Of a DNA stretch of 64,000 nt, positions 18,852 to 28,547 are shown one piece after another. Origin of the DNA: an uncultured Oscillospiraceae bacterium (GTDB lineage: Bacteria > Bacillota > Clostridia > Oscillospirales > SIG627); NCBI GenBank assembly GCA_964558655.1, contig CAZLEX010000001.1, positions 15,356 to 79,355 of the forward strand. The letters are read 5' to 3'. Each line of letters opens with the position of its first letter. The stretch's first letter is position 1. The notes beneath the pieces were generated by a model. It had not been told where the DNA came from and ran no database searches. It saw only the letters and a list, made by a program, of their open reading frames with translations. The position numbers and the translations under genes are program-made.

Positions 18852-19592
18852 ATGAAATATTCGGAAATAGACAGCAATATGTTGTTTATCGCGTCTGAGC
18901 ACAAAAAAGAGTACTGTAAAAGCAGAGAAATCACATCTCTCGCAAGAAGTATAGGGAAGGTCGGACTTTTAATTCCGATTACAGTGAAGCCATTATTAGG
19001 CGGAGGCGGTTACGAAATTATATCGGGAAATAAAAGATTTTGTGCCTGTAAACTTATCGGGATTAAAAAAATACCTTGTATGATAATTGAGAAAAATCAG
19101 GATCCCACTCTTATTTTCCTCACAATAAAGCGGTTCAAAGAAAGCGATCCGTTTGAATTGGCCGAAAATATTAAAAATGTATTGGTTAAAGGTGGTATTT
19201 CAGCAGAGAAATTAGCCTATACACTCGGAATGGAAACTTCGGAATTGATTGAATTTCTTACACCAGCTTATATGAGTGGGATTGAACGGGAAATTTCAAA
19301 AAGAAATCTTATAAATTCGGAAAAGATAAGAAAAATTTCGTCCCTGCCCGATAAAGAATCAAGGCTGTCCGCTCTGACGGCAAACACTTCTCATTTGTTA
19401 AAAAACAAAGCTCCGGAAAACAAACACGCACGGAGAATTATATCTTTAAAAAACATAGGTTTTTTCGAAAACACTCTAAAAAGGTCTCTCAAAATTCTTG
19501 AAAACGCAGGTTTTCATACAGCTAAGGAAACCCGCGAACAAAATGGCAATGTAGAATACAGAATTAAAGTGTTCGGAGCAAACAAAATTTAA
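18852..19592 (+). CDS. Divergent ParB/Spo0J/Noc-family paralogue
   Basis: LARSIGKVGLLIPITV, YEIISGNKRFCA (GxxRxxA CTPase motif), HTH-like segment; lies before parA where noc usually sits. Confidence 0.7.
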   Translation: MKYSEIDSNMLFIASEHKKEYCKSREITSLARSIGKVGLLIPITVKPLLGGGGYEIISGNKRFCACKLIGIKKIPCMIIEKNQDPTLIFLTIKRFKESDPFELAENIKNVLVKGGISAEKLAYTLGMETSELIEFLTPAYMSGIEREISKRNLINSEKIRKISSLPDKESRLSALTANTSHLLKNKAPENKHARRIISLKNIGFFENTLKRSLKILENAGFHTAKETREQNGNVEYRIKVFGANKI

Positions 19593-19601
19593 AAAACCGT
19601 A

Positions 19602-19617
19602 TGTTTCACATGAAACA
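19602..19617. promoter_or_regulatory. parS site 3 (TGTTTCACATGAAACA)
   Basis: 15/16 match; 10 nt after the ParB-like gene, about 65 nt upstream of the parA -35. Confidence 0.88.
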
Positions 19618-19680
19618 TCTTACTCATATTTCAAACTTATATCAAAAAAGCAAAAAATACGAAAAACTTTTCAAATTAGA

Positions 19681-19708
19681 TTGACTTTCATTTCAGTTGT
19701 GATATAAT
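19681..19708 (+). promoter_or_regulatory. SigA promoter of parA-parB-serS
   Basis: TTGACT, 16-nt spacer, extended -10 TGa-TATAAT. Confidence 0.65.
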
Positions 19709-19828
19709 AAACTTGTGCTTGAATACAATTTCGTTTCAAACAATAAGAGCAAATTGATTATGTAATTTTGAACAATTTATATTTATCACATTTATCAAAT
19801 CGCAAAACACCGTTAAAGGACTTAAAAA

Positions 19829-20593
19829 ATGGGAAGAATAATCGCTTTTGCAAACCAAAAAGGAGGAGTGGGAAAAACTACTTCTGCTGTAAATATAGCC
19901 GCCGACATCGGACATCTCGGATACTCTACGCTTATAATAGATTGTGATCCCCAGGGGAATGCATCAAGTGCGGTGGGTGCGGCAACAGGAAAGGCCGATA
20001 CATTTGACATATTGGTAAACGGCATCGATCCGACATGTGCTGTTCAAAAAACAAAGTTTAAAAATTTATCTGTGATTCCGTCGGATATGAATTTAGCCGC
20101 AGCCGATATTGAACTTTCGGGAAGAGATAAAAGAGAAATAATTTTTCGCGAAAAATTTTCGTTAATTCGTGACAAATTTGACTACATATTTCTTGACTGT
20201 CCTCCATCTCTAAGTTTAATTACCATAAACGCTTTATCGGCATCGGACGCAGTTATAGTTCCTATGCAATGCGAATATTTTGCCTTGGAAGGACTTTCTC
20301 AGCTGATTTTTTCTTTCAAGCAAATAAAGCGTTTATATAACCCGAATCTTGAGCTTCTCGGAATTATCTTGACGATGTTTGACGGGCGTCTTAATCTGTC
20401 TCTTCAAGTGATGGAAGAAATAAAAAAACATTTCCCAAACAAAACATTTTCTCACTCAATTCCGAGAGCGGTAAGACTTTCAGAATCTCCGAGCCATTCA
20501 AAACCGATACTTTATTATGATAAATATTCTAAAGGAGCTTTGGCGTATATGGAAGTATCAAAAGAGATACTGACAAGGCTCGAAAAAAAATAA
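19829..20593 (+). CDS. parA: Chromosome partitioning ATPase ParA/Soj
   Basis: Deviant Walker A KGGVGKTT, DCDPQGNAS, DCPPSL, PMQCEYFALEG. Confidence 0.97.
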   Translation: MGRIIAFANQKGGVGKTTSAVNIAADIGHLGYSTLIIDCDPQGNASSAVGAATGKADTFDILVNGIDPTCAVQKTKFKNLSVIPSDMNLAAADIELSGRDKREIIFREKFSLIRDKFDYIFLDCPPSLSLITINALSASDAVIVPMQCEYFALEGLSQLIFSFKQIKRLYNPNLELLGIILTMFDGRLNLSLQVMEEIKKHFPNKTFSHSIPRAVRLSESPSHSKPILYYDKYSKGALAYMEVSKEILTRLEKK

Positions 20594-20646
20594 AACGCTA
20601 TATGTAGCGTTAAATTCCAAAAAAATAACTATATGTAGGTGTTTTA

Positions 20647-21528
20647 ATGAAAAAAAACAGTTTGGGAAGAGGGCTTGACATTCTATTTTCAGATGAAGGA
20701 TTTGAGGAATCGGCTGAAAAAGTCGAAGAAATAGAAACGGCACTTGTATATCCCGATAACAATCAGCACAGAAAAATTTTCAACTCCGAAACTCTCGAAG
20801 AACTTGCAGAATCAATTAAACTTCACGGTATAATACAGCCACTGACAGTTCGGAAAACAGAAAAAGGATACAAAATTATTGCAGGAGAACGGCGTTACCG
20901 AGCCGCTATACTTGCAAATCTCGAAAAAATCCCCGTAATCGTAAAGGATATAGATGACAAAGAAGCAGCAGAAATCGCACTTATTGAAAATCTCCAAAGA
21001 GAAGATCTTAACCCCATAGATGAAGCAAGAGGATACGAAACGCTCATAAATACATTCAATATAACTCAGGAAGAAGCAGCTTACAGGGTAGGAAAATCAC
21101 GCTCTGCCGTTACAAATTCTTTACGGCTTCTGAAACTTACACCGCTGTGTATTGACGCTATTTCAAGCGGAAAAATAACTGCCGGGCATGCGCGTGCGAT
21201 TCTATCATTGAAATCACAAACAGATATGGACACTTTGCTTAACGAGATACTCAATTCGTCCATGAGTGTAAGAGATGCGGAAAATCGTGCAAAAAAAATC
21301 AATGACGGAACAATCTTCGAAAAAAAGCCGTTTTCAATAAAAGCCGAATACTTCTCTTCGATTGAAAAAAAGGCTTCGGAGTATCTTGCACGCAAAGTAA
21401 ATATCAAATCAAGAACAGACGGTAAAAAAGGCGGAAAACTCACTCTTTCGTGGTCGGACTCTAATGATCTCGAAGAACTTTTGGAACTTCTGTGCGGTCA
21501 AAATTTTGTTGATAATCTTGACAGATAA
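20647..21528 (+). CDS. parB: Chromosome partitioning protein ParB/Spo0J
   Basis: LGRGLD, IIAGERRYRA, ENLQREDLNPIDEA, VGKSRSAVTNSLRLL, GHARA. Confidence 0.97.
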   Translation: MKKNSLGRGLDILFSDEGFEESAEKVEEIETALVYPDNNQHRKIFNSETLEELAESIKLHGIIQPLTVRKTEKGYKIIAGERRYRAAILANLEKIPVIVKDIDDKEAAEIALIENLQREDLNPIDEARGYETLINTFNITQEEAAYRVGKSRSAVTNSLRLLKLTPLCIDAISSGKITAGHARAILSLKSQTDMDTLLNEILNSSMSVRDAENRAKKINDGTIFEKKPFSIKAEYFSSIEKKASEYLARKVNIKSRTDGKKGGKLTLSWSDSNDLEELLELLCGQNFVDNLDR

Positions 21529-21565
21529 AAATTAATATAAAATTTCTGAAACGAGAGGAAAAAAT

Positions 21566-22849
21566 ATGTTAGACATTAAAAAAATTAAAGAAAATCCCGA
21601 TTTTTATAAGGAAAGACTTGCTACACGCGGAAAGGATTTTTCAGAAGAAATAGACAGACTTATTTCTTTGGACGGCGAACGGCGAGCTCTGATTTCGGAT
21701 ACCGAATCCAAAAAAGCCACTCAAAACAAAATATCTAAGTCAATTCCGCAATTGAAAAAAGAAGGTAAAGACACTTCTTCTATTTTTGCTGAAATGAAGG
21801 AGCTTTCCGACGCAGTTAAAGCCGATACAGACAAAATTTCTTCTATTGATTCCGAAATCGAAAATTTGCTGTTAAGTATTCCGAATACTCCGTCGGAGAC
21901 TGTCCCGATCGGAGCCGATGACAGCGAAAATGTCGAAGTACGCCGTTGGGGAAAACCCACCGAATTTGATTGGGAACCGCTCGCTCATTGGGATATAGGA
22001 AAAAATTTAGGTATTTTGGACCCGGATACAGCGGCAAAAGTTACGGGCACGCGTTTTCACTTTTATAAAGGTGAAGGTGCACATTTGGAAAGAGCGGTAA
22101 TCAATTACTACCTTGATACTCATACCTCCAACGGCTATACGGAAGTTTTTCCTCCGTTTATGGTTAACCGCGATTCTATGAGAGGAACCGGACAACTCCC
22201 AAAATTTGAAGAAGACGCTTTTCGTGTCGCAAATAATGATTATTTTCTTATACCTACGGCTGAAGTTCCCGTTACAAATATGTTCAGGGGAGATATACTT
22301 GACGGTGCATCACTTCCTATCAAATTCTGTGCATATTCCGCATGCTTCAGAGCAGAAGCGGGAAGTGCGGGAAGAGATCAGCGCGGACTTATCCGTCAAC
22401 ATCAGTTCAACAAAGTAGAACTTGTGAAATTCGCTCACCCCGACCATTCATATGAGGAACTTGAAAGCCTCACCAACGATGCCGCACACGCACTTGAAGG
22501 GTTGGGCTTGCCATACAGAGTTGTCGCTCTCTCAACCGGAGATATGGGATTTTCGTCAGCTAAAACATATGATATAGAAGTATGGATGCCTTCATACAAC
22601 CGATATGTTGAAATTTCGTCATGTTCGAACTTTGAAGACTATCAGGCACGCCGAGCTTCAATCAAATTCAAAGAAAACGCAAATGATAAGGCTCGCTTCG
22701 TACACACTCTTAACGGTTCCGGGCTTGCCATAGGAAGAACAGTTGCCGCAATTTTGGAAAATTATCAAAACGATGACGGAAGCGTTACAATTCCCGAAGT
22801 GCTCCGTCCTTATATGCGTGGTGCCGAAAAAATCAAAAAACAATATTAA
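21566..22849 (+). CDS. serS: Serine-tRNA ligase
   Basis: [50 protein letters not shown]. Confidence 0.98.
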   Translation: MLDIKKIKENPDFYKERLATRGKDFSEEIDRLISLDGERRALISDTESKKATQNKISKSIPQLKKEGKDTSSIFAEMKELSDAVKADTDKISSIDSEIENLLLSIPNTPSETVPIGADDSENVEVRRWGKPTEFDWEPLAHWDIGKNLGILDPDTAAKVTGTRFHFYKGEGAHLERAVINYYLDTHTSNGYTEVFPPFMVNRDSMRGTGQLPKFEEDAFRVANNDYFLIPTAEVPVTNMFRGDILDGASLPIKFCAYSACFRAEAGSAGRDQRGLIRQHQFNKVELVKFAHPDHSYEELESLTNDAAHALEGLGLPYRVVALSTGDMGFSSAKTYDIEVWMPSYNRYVEISSCSNFEDYQARRASIKFKENANDKARFVHTLNGSGLAIGRTVAAILENYQNDDGSVTIPEVLRPYMRGAEKIKKQY

Positions 22850-22871
22850 AACCGTTTAAAAGGATATTACA

Positions 22872-23288
22872 ATGGAAATAACCTCTTCGGAAGTCACTCG
22901 GGTATTGATTTGCTTTCTGATAGGCATATTTGTCGCTTTTTTCGCACAATTTGTTTTGCAGAAAATGTACGGAAAATTTTTAAAATCCTTGCAAGACGCA
23001 GGAGCAACCGACGATACATCGGCAAAAGCTCCAGATGAACTCGGATGCAATAAAAATTTTCTCATAAAGATTGCACTGAAAAGACGCAATACCCTCACTT
23101 TCATAATAAAAAGCACAAAAGACGAAAACGGAAAACTACGCTACTACATTCCCAAAGAAAAATCGGAAAAAGCTGCCTCCGTTTACCGTTCAAACGAAAT
23201 TACTCCCGTTTCAGCCATTATTCTTGTGGTGGGAATCGTTGCAATATTTCTTTTATGTAAATACGCACTTCCACTTATTTTTAAATGA
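22872..23288 (+). CDS. Hypothetical membrane protein (N- and C-terminal hydrophobic helices)
   Basis: 138-aa ORF with AAGGA RBS and two predicted TM segments. Confidence 0.65.
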   Translation: MEITSSEVTRVLICFLIGIFVAFFAQFVLQKMYGKFLKSLQDAGATDDTSAKAPDELGCNKNFLIKIALKRRNTLTFIIKSTKDENGKLRYYIPKEKSEKAASVYRSNEITPVSAIILVVGIVAIFLLCKYALPLIFK

Positions 23289-23300
23289 AAAGAGTAAACG

Positions 23301-24296
23301 ATGAACAAAAGAAAACTTAACCCGATAATAGTTATTTTGCTATGTGCATTTTGTGCTGTTATTGTTACCGTTTTAGTACTCCACTTTGTAGGATATCGGT
23401 ATATTACAGAAGAATTTGACGATTATGAAATAAAATTTATAGGTATGACTAAAGGCGGGATTCCGCAAAACGGTAAACTTTATAAATCTAATTCCAACGG
23501 AGTTGAAAAAGGAAAGCTCGTTTCCAAAGATTCTGCAGTTATATGGGAAGACGGAGAAAAATACACCGGAGATTTAAATGGCTTTATATACAACGGAAAC
23601 GGAACTTTAACGACTTCTGACGGAACAGTGATAGAGGGAACTTTCGTAAACGGTATTCCACAAGGCCAAGTAAAAATAACTTATGCTTCGGGAAATTGCT
23701 ATGAAGGCGAAGTAAACGGATTTAATCTTGAAGGTTTCGGTACATACACCTGGAGCGACGGTTCCGTTTATATAGGGAATTTTTCCGATAATCAAAAAAA
23801 CGGTTACGGATATACAAAACATTCCGACGGCTCCGTTTATATAGGAGAATATAAAAATTCAATAAAAGAAGGCAAAGGCGTATACTATTTTAAAAACGAA
23901 GATATTTATGCAGGTGATTTTTCAGCAGACAAAAGAAGCGGTAAAGGAATATATATCTTTGCAAAAAGCGAAGAATTTGAAACGGAATTCGATGAACTTT
24001 TCGGGAACATAAATTTTTCAAACGATTACGCAAAATCATTTTTCGATTATTTTGAAAATGAATTTCTTTCACATTTTTTACAAGTTGAGGAAAGTGTCGT
24101 TCCGGGATCTGATTTTTGGCAAAAATTCGAACAAATTCTTGAAGAACCGGTCGAGTGTTACATAGGAGAATTTTCCGATAACCTTTTTGAAGGAAACGGT
24201 ACTTACATATGGCTGTCCGGACAAAAACACAGCGGACTTTTTTCAAAAGGTGAAATTGCAACAGATACCGACAGTACTCAAAACGGTGCAAATTAA
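23301..24296 (+). CDS. Membrane-anchored MORN-repeat protein
   Basis: N-terminal TM, then repeated YxGxF/WxxGxxxGxGxY units. Confidence 0.85.
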   Translation: MNKRKLNPIIVILLCAFCAVIVTVLVLHFVGYRYITEEFDDYEIKFIGMTKGGIPQNGKLYKSNSNGVEKGKLVSKDSAVIWEDGEKYTGDLNGFIYNGNGTLTTSDGTVIEGTFVNGIPQGQVKITYASGNCYEGEVNGFNLEGFGTYTWSDGSVYIGNFSDNQKNGYGYTKHSDGSVYIGEYKNSIKEGKGVYYFKNEDIYAGDFSADKRSGKGIYIFAKSEEFETEFDELFGNINFSNDYAKSFFDYFENEFLSHFLQVEESVVPGSDFWQKFEQILEEPVECYIGEFSDNLFEGNGTYIWLSGQKHSGLFSKGEIATDTDSTQNGAN

Positions 24297-24357
24297 ACAT
24301 TTCTTGTTTAAAACAAAATAAGATTTTTAACTTTTACAAACATACAGGAGAAATATC

Positions 24358-25239
24358 ATGGAAAAGAAAAAATTATCTCTAAGTACATTCCATCTTCAAT
24401 ATTATTGGGGCTGGGAAAAAGCTCTGGAAATGGCCGCCGAAGCGGGTTTTGACGGAGTTGATCTTACTGTTGAATACTTTCCGGAAATTTATAAAGCGTC
24501 CGAAGACGAATTTATATCCTGTTTCACTAAAGTAAAAGAAAAAGCCGATTCTCTCGGACTGGAGATTTTTCAAACGCACGGAAGATCGTATACTTACAAA
24601 CCTAACGATGAAGAATACAATAAACAAACAAAAACCGATGCGGAAAAAGATATGCACGCTTCGGCAATTCTCGGAGCTCCCGCCTGTGTTATTCACCCCA
24701 TTTCTCTTTATGAATGGGGATACATACCTTATGAAACGCTTCATTCCGAATGTATAAAAATGTACAGAGATTTTATACCTTTTGCCGAAAAACATAAAGT
24801 TAAGTTATCTCTTGAAACTGTAGGACACGAACCTGTTTCGGGCAAACGGGTTTGCAGCCCTTTTGCATATCCTGATGCAATGATGAGACTTTTTAACGAT
24901 TTGGATACGGAATATAAAACTATTTGTTTGGATTCCGGGCATATTAATGAAAGTCGTGATTATTGGGTTCCCTCTGTTCAAGATATGATTCGTGCAATAG
25001 GAAAGAATGTTTCCATTACTCATCTTCATGATAATGGAGGCACTATAGATGACCATCTTCTTCCTCCTATGGGAAATACAAATTGGCCTGCCGTTTTTGA
25101 CGCTTTTGAAGAAGTCGGTTATCAAGGTGCATATAATTTTGAACTGAGGCTTGCTTTTTGGGGTTCTATGAAAGAAGATGCCGTTAATTTTATCGGTAAA
25201 TTTTTAAGAAAATTCATTGATGAAAGAGGAAGAATTTAA
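24358..25239 (+). CDS. Sugar phosphate isomerase/epimerase (xylose isomerase-like TIM barrel), copy 1
   Basis: AGFDGVD, SLET, CLDSGH, THLHDN..DDHLLP..G..NW, YNFE metal ligands. Confidence 0.85.
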   Translation: MEKKKLSLSTFHLQYYWGWEKALEMAAEAGFDGVDLTVEYFPEIYKASEDEFISCFTKVKEKADSLGLEIFQTHGRSYTYKPNDEEYNKQTKTDAEKDMHASAILGAPACVIHPISLYEWGYIPYETLHSECIKMYRDFIPFAEKHKVKLSLETVGHEPVSGKRVCSPFAYPDAMMRLFNDLDTEYKTICLDSGHINESRDYWVPSVQDMIRAIGKNVSITHLHDNGGTIDDHLLPPMGNTNWPAVFDAFEEVGYQGAYNFELRLAFWGSMKEDAVNFIGKFLRKFIDERGRI

Positions 25240-25262
25240 TTTGCTTCGGGGAGTAGTATATT

Positions 25263-26144
25263 ATGGAAAAGAAAAAATTATCTCTGAGTATTTTTGATTT
25301 ACAAAGAATTGCCGGCTGGGAAAAAGCTCTGGAAATGACCGCCAAAGCAGGTTTTGACGGAGTTGATTTCGATGTTGAACATTATCCGGAAATTTATAAA
25401 GCGTCCGAAGACGAATTTGTTTCCTTTTTTACGAAAATAAAAGAAAAAGCCGATTCTCTCGGATTGGAAATTTTTCAAACACACGGAAGGTGTGAGACAT
25501 ATAAAGGAAACAATGCGGAATATAACGAAATGCTCAAAAACACAGTTGAGAAAGATATACACGCTTCGGCAATTTTAGGTTCTCCCGCCTGTGTTATTCA
25601 CCCCATAGCTCTCAGAAACTACGGAAATATATCATATGAAAAATATATCGACGAATGTATAAATGTGTATAGAGACTTTGTACCTTTTGCCGAAAAACAT
25701 AAAGTTAAGTTATCTCTTGAAACTGTAGGACACGAGCCGTTATTCGGAAAAAATATTTGTTGTCCTTTTGCTTATCCTCAATCAATGCAAAAAATATACG
25801 ACGGAATTGATACGGAATACAAAACTATTTGTCTTGATTCCGGGCACATAAACGAAGTAAGTGATTATTGGGTTCCTTCCGTTCAAGATGTCATTCGCAC
25901 AATAGGAAAGAATGTTTCCATTACTCATCTTCATGATAACAGAGGAACAAAGGATGACCATCTTCTTCCACCTATGGGAAACATAAATTGGCCTGCCGTT
26001 TTTGACGCTTTTGAAGAAGTCGGTTATCAAGGTGCATATAATTTTGAACTGAGGCTTGCTTTTTGGGGTTCTATGAAAGAAGATGCCGTTAATTTTATCG
26101 GTAAATTTTTAAGAAAATTCATTGATGAAAGAGGAAGAATTTAA
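25263..26144 (+). CDS. Sugar phosphate isomerase/epimerase, copy 2 (tandem paralogue)
   Basis: Same length (293 aa) and motifs; about 79% aa identity to copy 1 by hand count. Confidence 0.85.
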   Translation: MEKKKLSLSIFDLQRIAGWEKALEMTAKAGFDGVDFDVEHYPEIYKASEDEFVSFFTKIKEKADSLGLEIFQTHGRCETYKGNNAEYNEMLKNTVEKDIHASAILGSPACVIHPIALRNYGNISYEKYIDECINVYRDFVPFAEKHKVKLSLETVGHEPLFGKNICCPFAYPQSMQKIYDGIDTEYKTICLDSGHINEVSDYWVPSVQDVIRTIGKNVSITHLHDNRGTKDDHLLPPMGNINWPAVFDAFEEVGYQGAYNFELRLAFWGSMKEDAVNFIGKFLRKFIDERGRI

Positions 26145-26147
26145 TTT

Positions 26148-26176
26148 TTGCCCCTTGTCTTAAAGGCAAGGGGCAA
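26148..26176 (+). terminator. Hairpin after the duplicated TIM-barrel genes
   Basis: TTGCCCCTTGTCT-TAA-AGGCAAGGGGCAA. Confidence 0.55.
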
Positions 26177-26193
26177 TCTGTACAAAGATAACT

Positions 26194-26994
26194 ATGATTA
26201 AAACAACCGTTCTATTTTCAGGATCCGAAGGAAACTGCACTCACATAACCGACGGAACAACTCAAATACTTATAGATGCCGGAGGAAACGAAAAAAAAAT
26301 TCAATCTTCTCTGACAAATATCGGTTCAAGTATCAATCAAATTTCGGCAATTCTTATAACACACGAACATACAGATCACACAAAATCGCTTTACACCGTT
26401 TTTAAAAATCACACTATACCGATTTACACATCTGTCAACACAGCTCGTGCAATTTGTTCTAAATCAAATCTAAATGTAAATTTACTTAAAAATATTGCTT
26501 CCTGTGTCAATACCGTTGAAAAAAAATTTACTTATGAAATAAATTCTCTTCTGTTTACACCTTTTTCCACACCGCATGATGTTGAATCTCACGGATTTAA
26601 AATAGAATCACAAATTACAAACAAAACTGTTTCTTATGCTACGGATACAGGCTGTGTTACACGCGAAATGCTTGAATATTTTTACGGCACAAATATTGCG
26701 ATAATAGAATCAAATCATGATCGTGATATGCTTATATCCGGTCCATATCCTGAATTTTTAAAACAAAGAATTTTATCAAACGAAGGTCACCTTTCAAATG
26801 AAACAGCTTCACGGTTTGCATTATGGCTGGCTCAAAACGGAACTGAAAAAATTATTTTGGCTCATCTTTCTCGAGAAAACAATACTCCTATAATTGCTGA
26901 AAATTCTGCGAGAGACAAATTAAATTCAAACGGATTTAATGCCGTTGAAGTAAAAACGGCAACATATACAAATATCACTGAGGAAAAAGTATGA
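26194..26994 (+). CDS. yycJ: MBL-fold metallo-hydrolase, YycJ/WalJ family
   Basis: SGSEGN, LIDAG, THEHTDH, IESNHD, GHLSN, LAHLSRENN; adjacent to rlmH. Confidence 0.85.
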   Translation: MIKTTVLFSGSEGNCTHITDGTTQILIDAGGNEKKIQSSLTNIGSSINQISAILITHEHTDHTKSLYTVFKNHTIPIYTSVNTARAICSKSNLNVNLLKNIASCVNTVEKKFTYEINSLLFTPFSTPHDVESHGFKIESQITNKTVSYATDTGCVTREMLEYFYGTNIAIIESNHDRDMLISGPYPEFLKQRILSNEGHLSNETASRFALWLAQNGTEKIILAHLSRENNTPIIAENSARDKLNSNGFNAVEVKTATYTNITEEKV

Positions 26995-27461
26995 AAATAC
27001 AAATAATACACGCAGGTGACTTTAAAGAACCGTATTTTCAATCTGCATTTCAAGAATACATAAAAAGATTAAGTGCTTTCGTGCAAATAAAAGATATTTT
27101 AATTAAAGAAAGACCTGTGACAGAATCTTCGCAAATAGAAAAATCACTTTTTGAAGAAGGCCGTGATATTCTTTCAAAAATTGATTCTCATACATATGCG
27201 GTTGCTTTATGTGTTGAAGGAAAACAAATAACTTCCGAAGAGTTTGCCTCTTTTTTTGAAAAATGTGCAATTATGTCATATTCAACAGTAGCCTTTATAA
27301 TAGGAAGTTCATACGGACTTTCTCCCGATGTCAAAGCCCGTGCAAATATGAAGCTCTCTTTTTCAAAAATGACATTTCCTCACCAGCTTATGCGTGTTAT
27401 ATTAAGTGAACAAATTTACAGAGCATTTTCAATAATGAACGGATCAAAATATCACAAATAG
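26991..27461 (+). CDS. rlmH: 23S rRNA pseudouridine-1915 methyltransferase
   Basis: FIIGSSYGL, LSFSKMTFPHQLMRVILSEQIYRA, YHK. Confidence 0.96.
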   Translation: MKIQIIHAGDFKEPYFQSAFQEYIKRLSAFVQIKDILIKERPVTESSQIEKSLFEEGRDILSKIDSHTYAVALCVEGKQITSEEFASFFEKCAIMSYSTVAFIIGSSYGLSPDVKARANMKLSFSKMTFPHQLMRVILSEQIYRAFSIMNGSKYHK

Positions 27462-27469
27462 GAGATTTT

Positions 27470-27796
27470 ATGCAAAGTAAGAGATTTAAAAAAAACGACG
27501 AAAGTTTTATATGTGCAGTATGTAAAAAAAAAGTTGAACCTTTAAAATACTCTTCAAGAGATCACTGTCCCTATTGCCTTTCCGGTCTCCATGTTGATAT
27601 TTTTCCTGGTGACAGAAATAATTCCTGTAAAGGAATTTTAAAACCTATACAAACACTTCCAGACGCAAAAAAAGGTTTTATCATCATTTACAAATGTGAA
27701 AAATGCAATGAAATTGTAAGATGCCGTGCGGCAATTCATGGAGAAACTCCGGATTCTACAGAACTGTTAATAAAGCTTACGAAAGCCGATTTTTAA
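27470..27796 (+). CDS. RNHCP domain protein
   Basis: FICAVC, SRDHCPYCLSGLHVD..PGDR, YKCEKC. Confidence 0.85.
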   Translation: MQSKRFKKNDESFICAVCKKKVEPLKYSSRDHCPYCLSGLHVDIFPGDRNNSCKGILKPIQTLPDAKKGFIIIYKCEKCNEIVRCRAAIHGETPDSTELLIKLTKADF

Positions 27797-27798
27797 AA

Positions 27799-28326
27799 AT
27801 GAAAAATTTTTATTTTGAACCTTTTATTTTAATTTCACGAGGAAATGAAAAATTATTAAGTCAAAAACTTCGCGTTAAAGCTCTTTTAAAAATAATCGAT
27901 CCTCCTTTTACGATATATAAAGATAAAAACGGAAAACCTTTTGTTAAAGCAGATATAAAAATCGGAATTAGTATTTCTCACAGCGAAAATGTCACAGCGG
28001 TTATAGTTGCTCCGTTTGAAAAAATAGGAATCGATTTGGAAAAAATAAAAGATTTTTATCCCGAAAAAATTAGCGAAAGATTCTTTAAAAAATCCGAAAA
28101 AGAAAGTATCAAAAATTCCGAAGATTTTTACAAAATCTGGTGTAAAAAAGAAAGTTATGTGAAAATGACGGGAAAAGGAATTTTTCAAATGACATCTTTT
28201 AATTCAAATTACAATAATTTAAATTTGATAGACCTTTCCGAAAAATGTTCTTCGCTTTTAAACGAAAATTTTGCGTTTTTTGTTTGTTCAAATTATAATT
28301 TTAATCCGAAAATTTATATTGAGTAG
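27799..28326 (+). CDS. 4'-phosphopantetheinyl transferase (Sfp-like)
   Basis: KNGKP, ISISHS, IGIDLE, WCKKESYVKMTGKG. Start set at ATG 27799. Confidence 0.85.
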   Translation: MKNFYFEPFILISRGNEKLLSQKLRVKALLKIIDPPFTIYKDKNGKPFVKADIKIGISISHSENVTAVIVAPFEKIGIDLEKIKDFYPEKISERFFKKSEKESIKNSEDFYKIWCKKESYVKMTGKGIFQMTSFNSNYNNLNLIDLSEKCSSLLNENFAFFVCSNYNFNPKIYIE

Positions 28327-28384
28327 CTTTTAAGGTCTTTGAAAAATTTCAAAGACTTTTTTAAAAATTGTTTTCCTCATTACT

Positions 28385-28425
28385 TGTGGAAAACCCTTGA
28401 AAAAAAAGCAATTTCATGATATAAT
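28385..28425 (+). promoter_or_regulatory. dnaA promoter with adjacent DnaA box
   Basis: TGTGGAAAA (28385-28393, one mismatch to TGTGGATAA), then TTGAAA, 17 nt, extended -10 TATAAT (28420-28425). Confidence 0.75.
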
Positions 28426-28547
28426 AAATATAATAAATGTAGGAAACGAATATATTGCGGTATTTTTTAATATTTTCGTACAAAAATTTATTTTTTAATA
28501 TATCAAATCAATTTATAAGATAATAAAAATATAAAAGGATAACTAAT

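Noticed and set aside
17982-19617. Repeated palindromes as a possible CRISPR array
   Set aside because: Spacing is irregular (hundreds of bp, with genes between), only the 16-bp parS core is shared, and there are no cas genes.
27799-28326. Sfp-type PPTase as a sign of an NRPS/PKS cluster
   Set aside because: No carrier-protein or synthase genes are in the window; it probably serves fatty-acid ACP.
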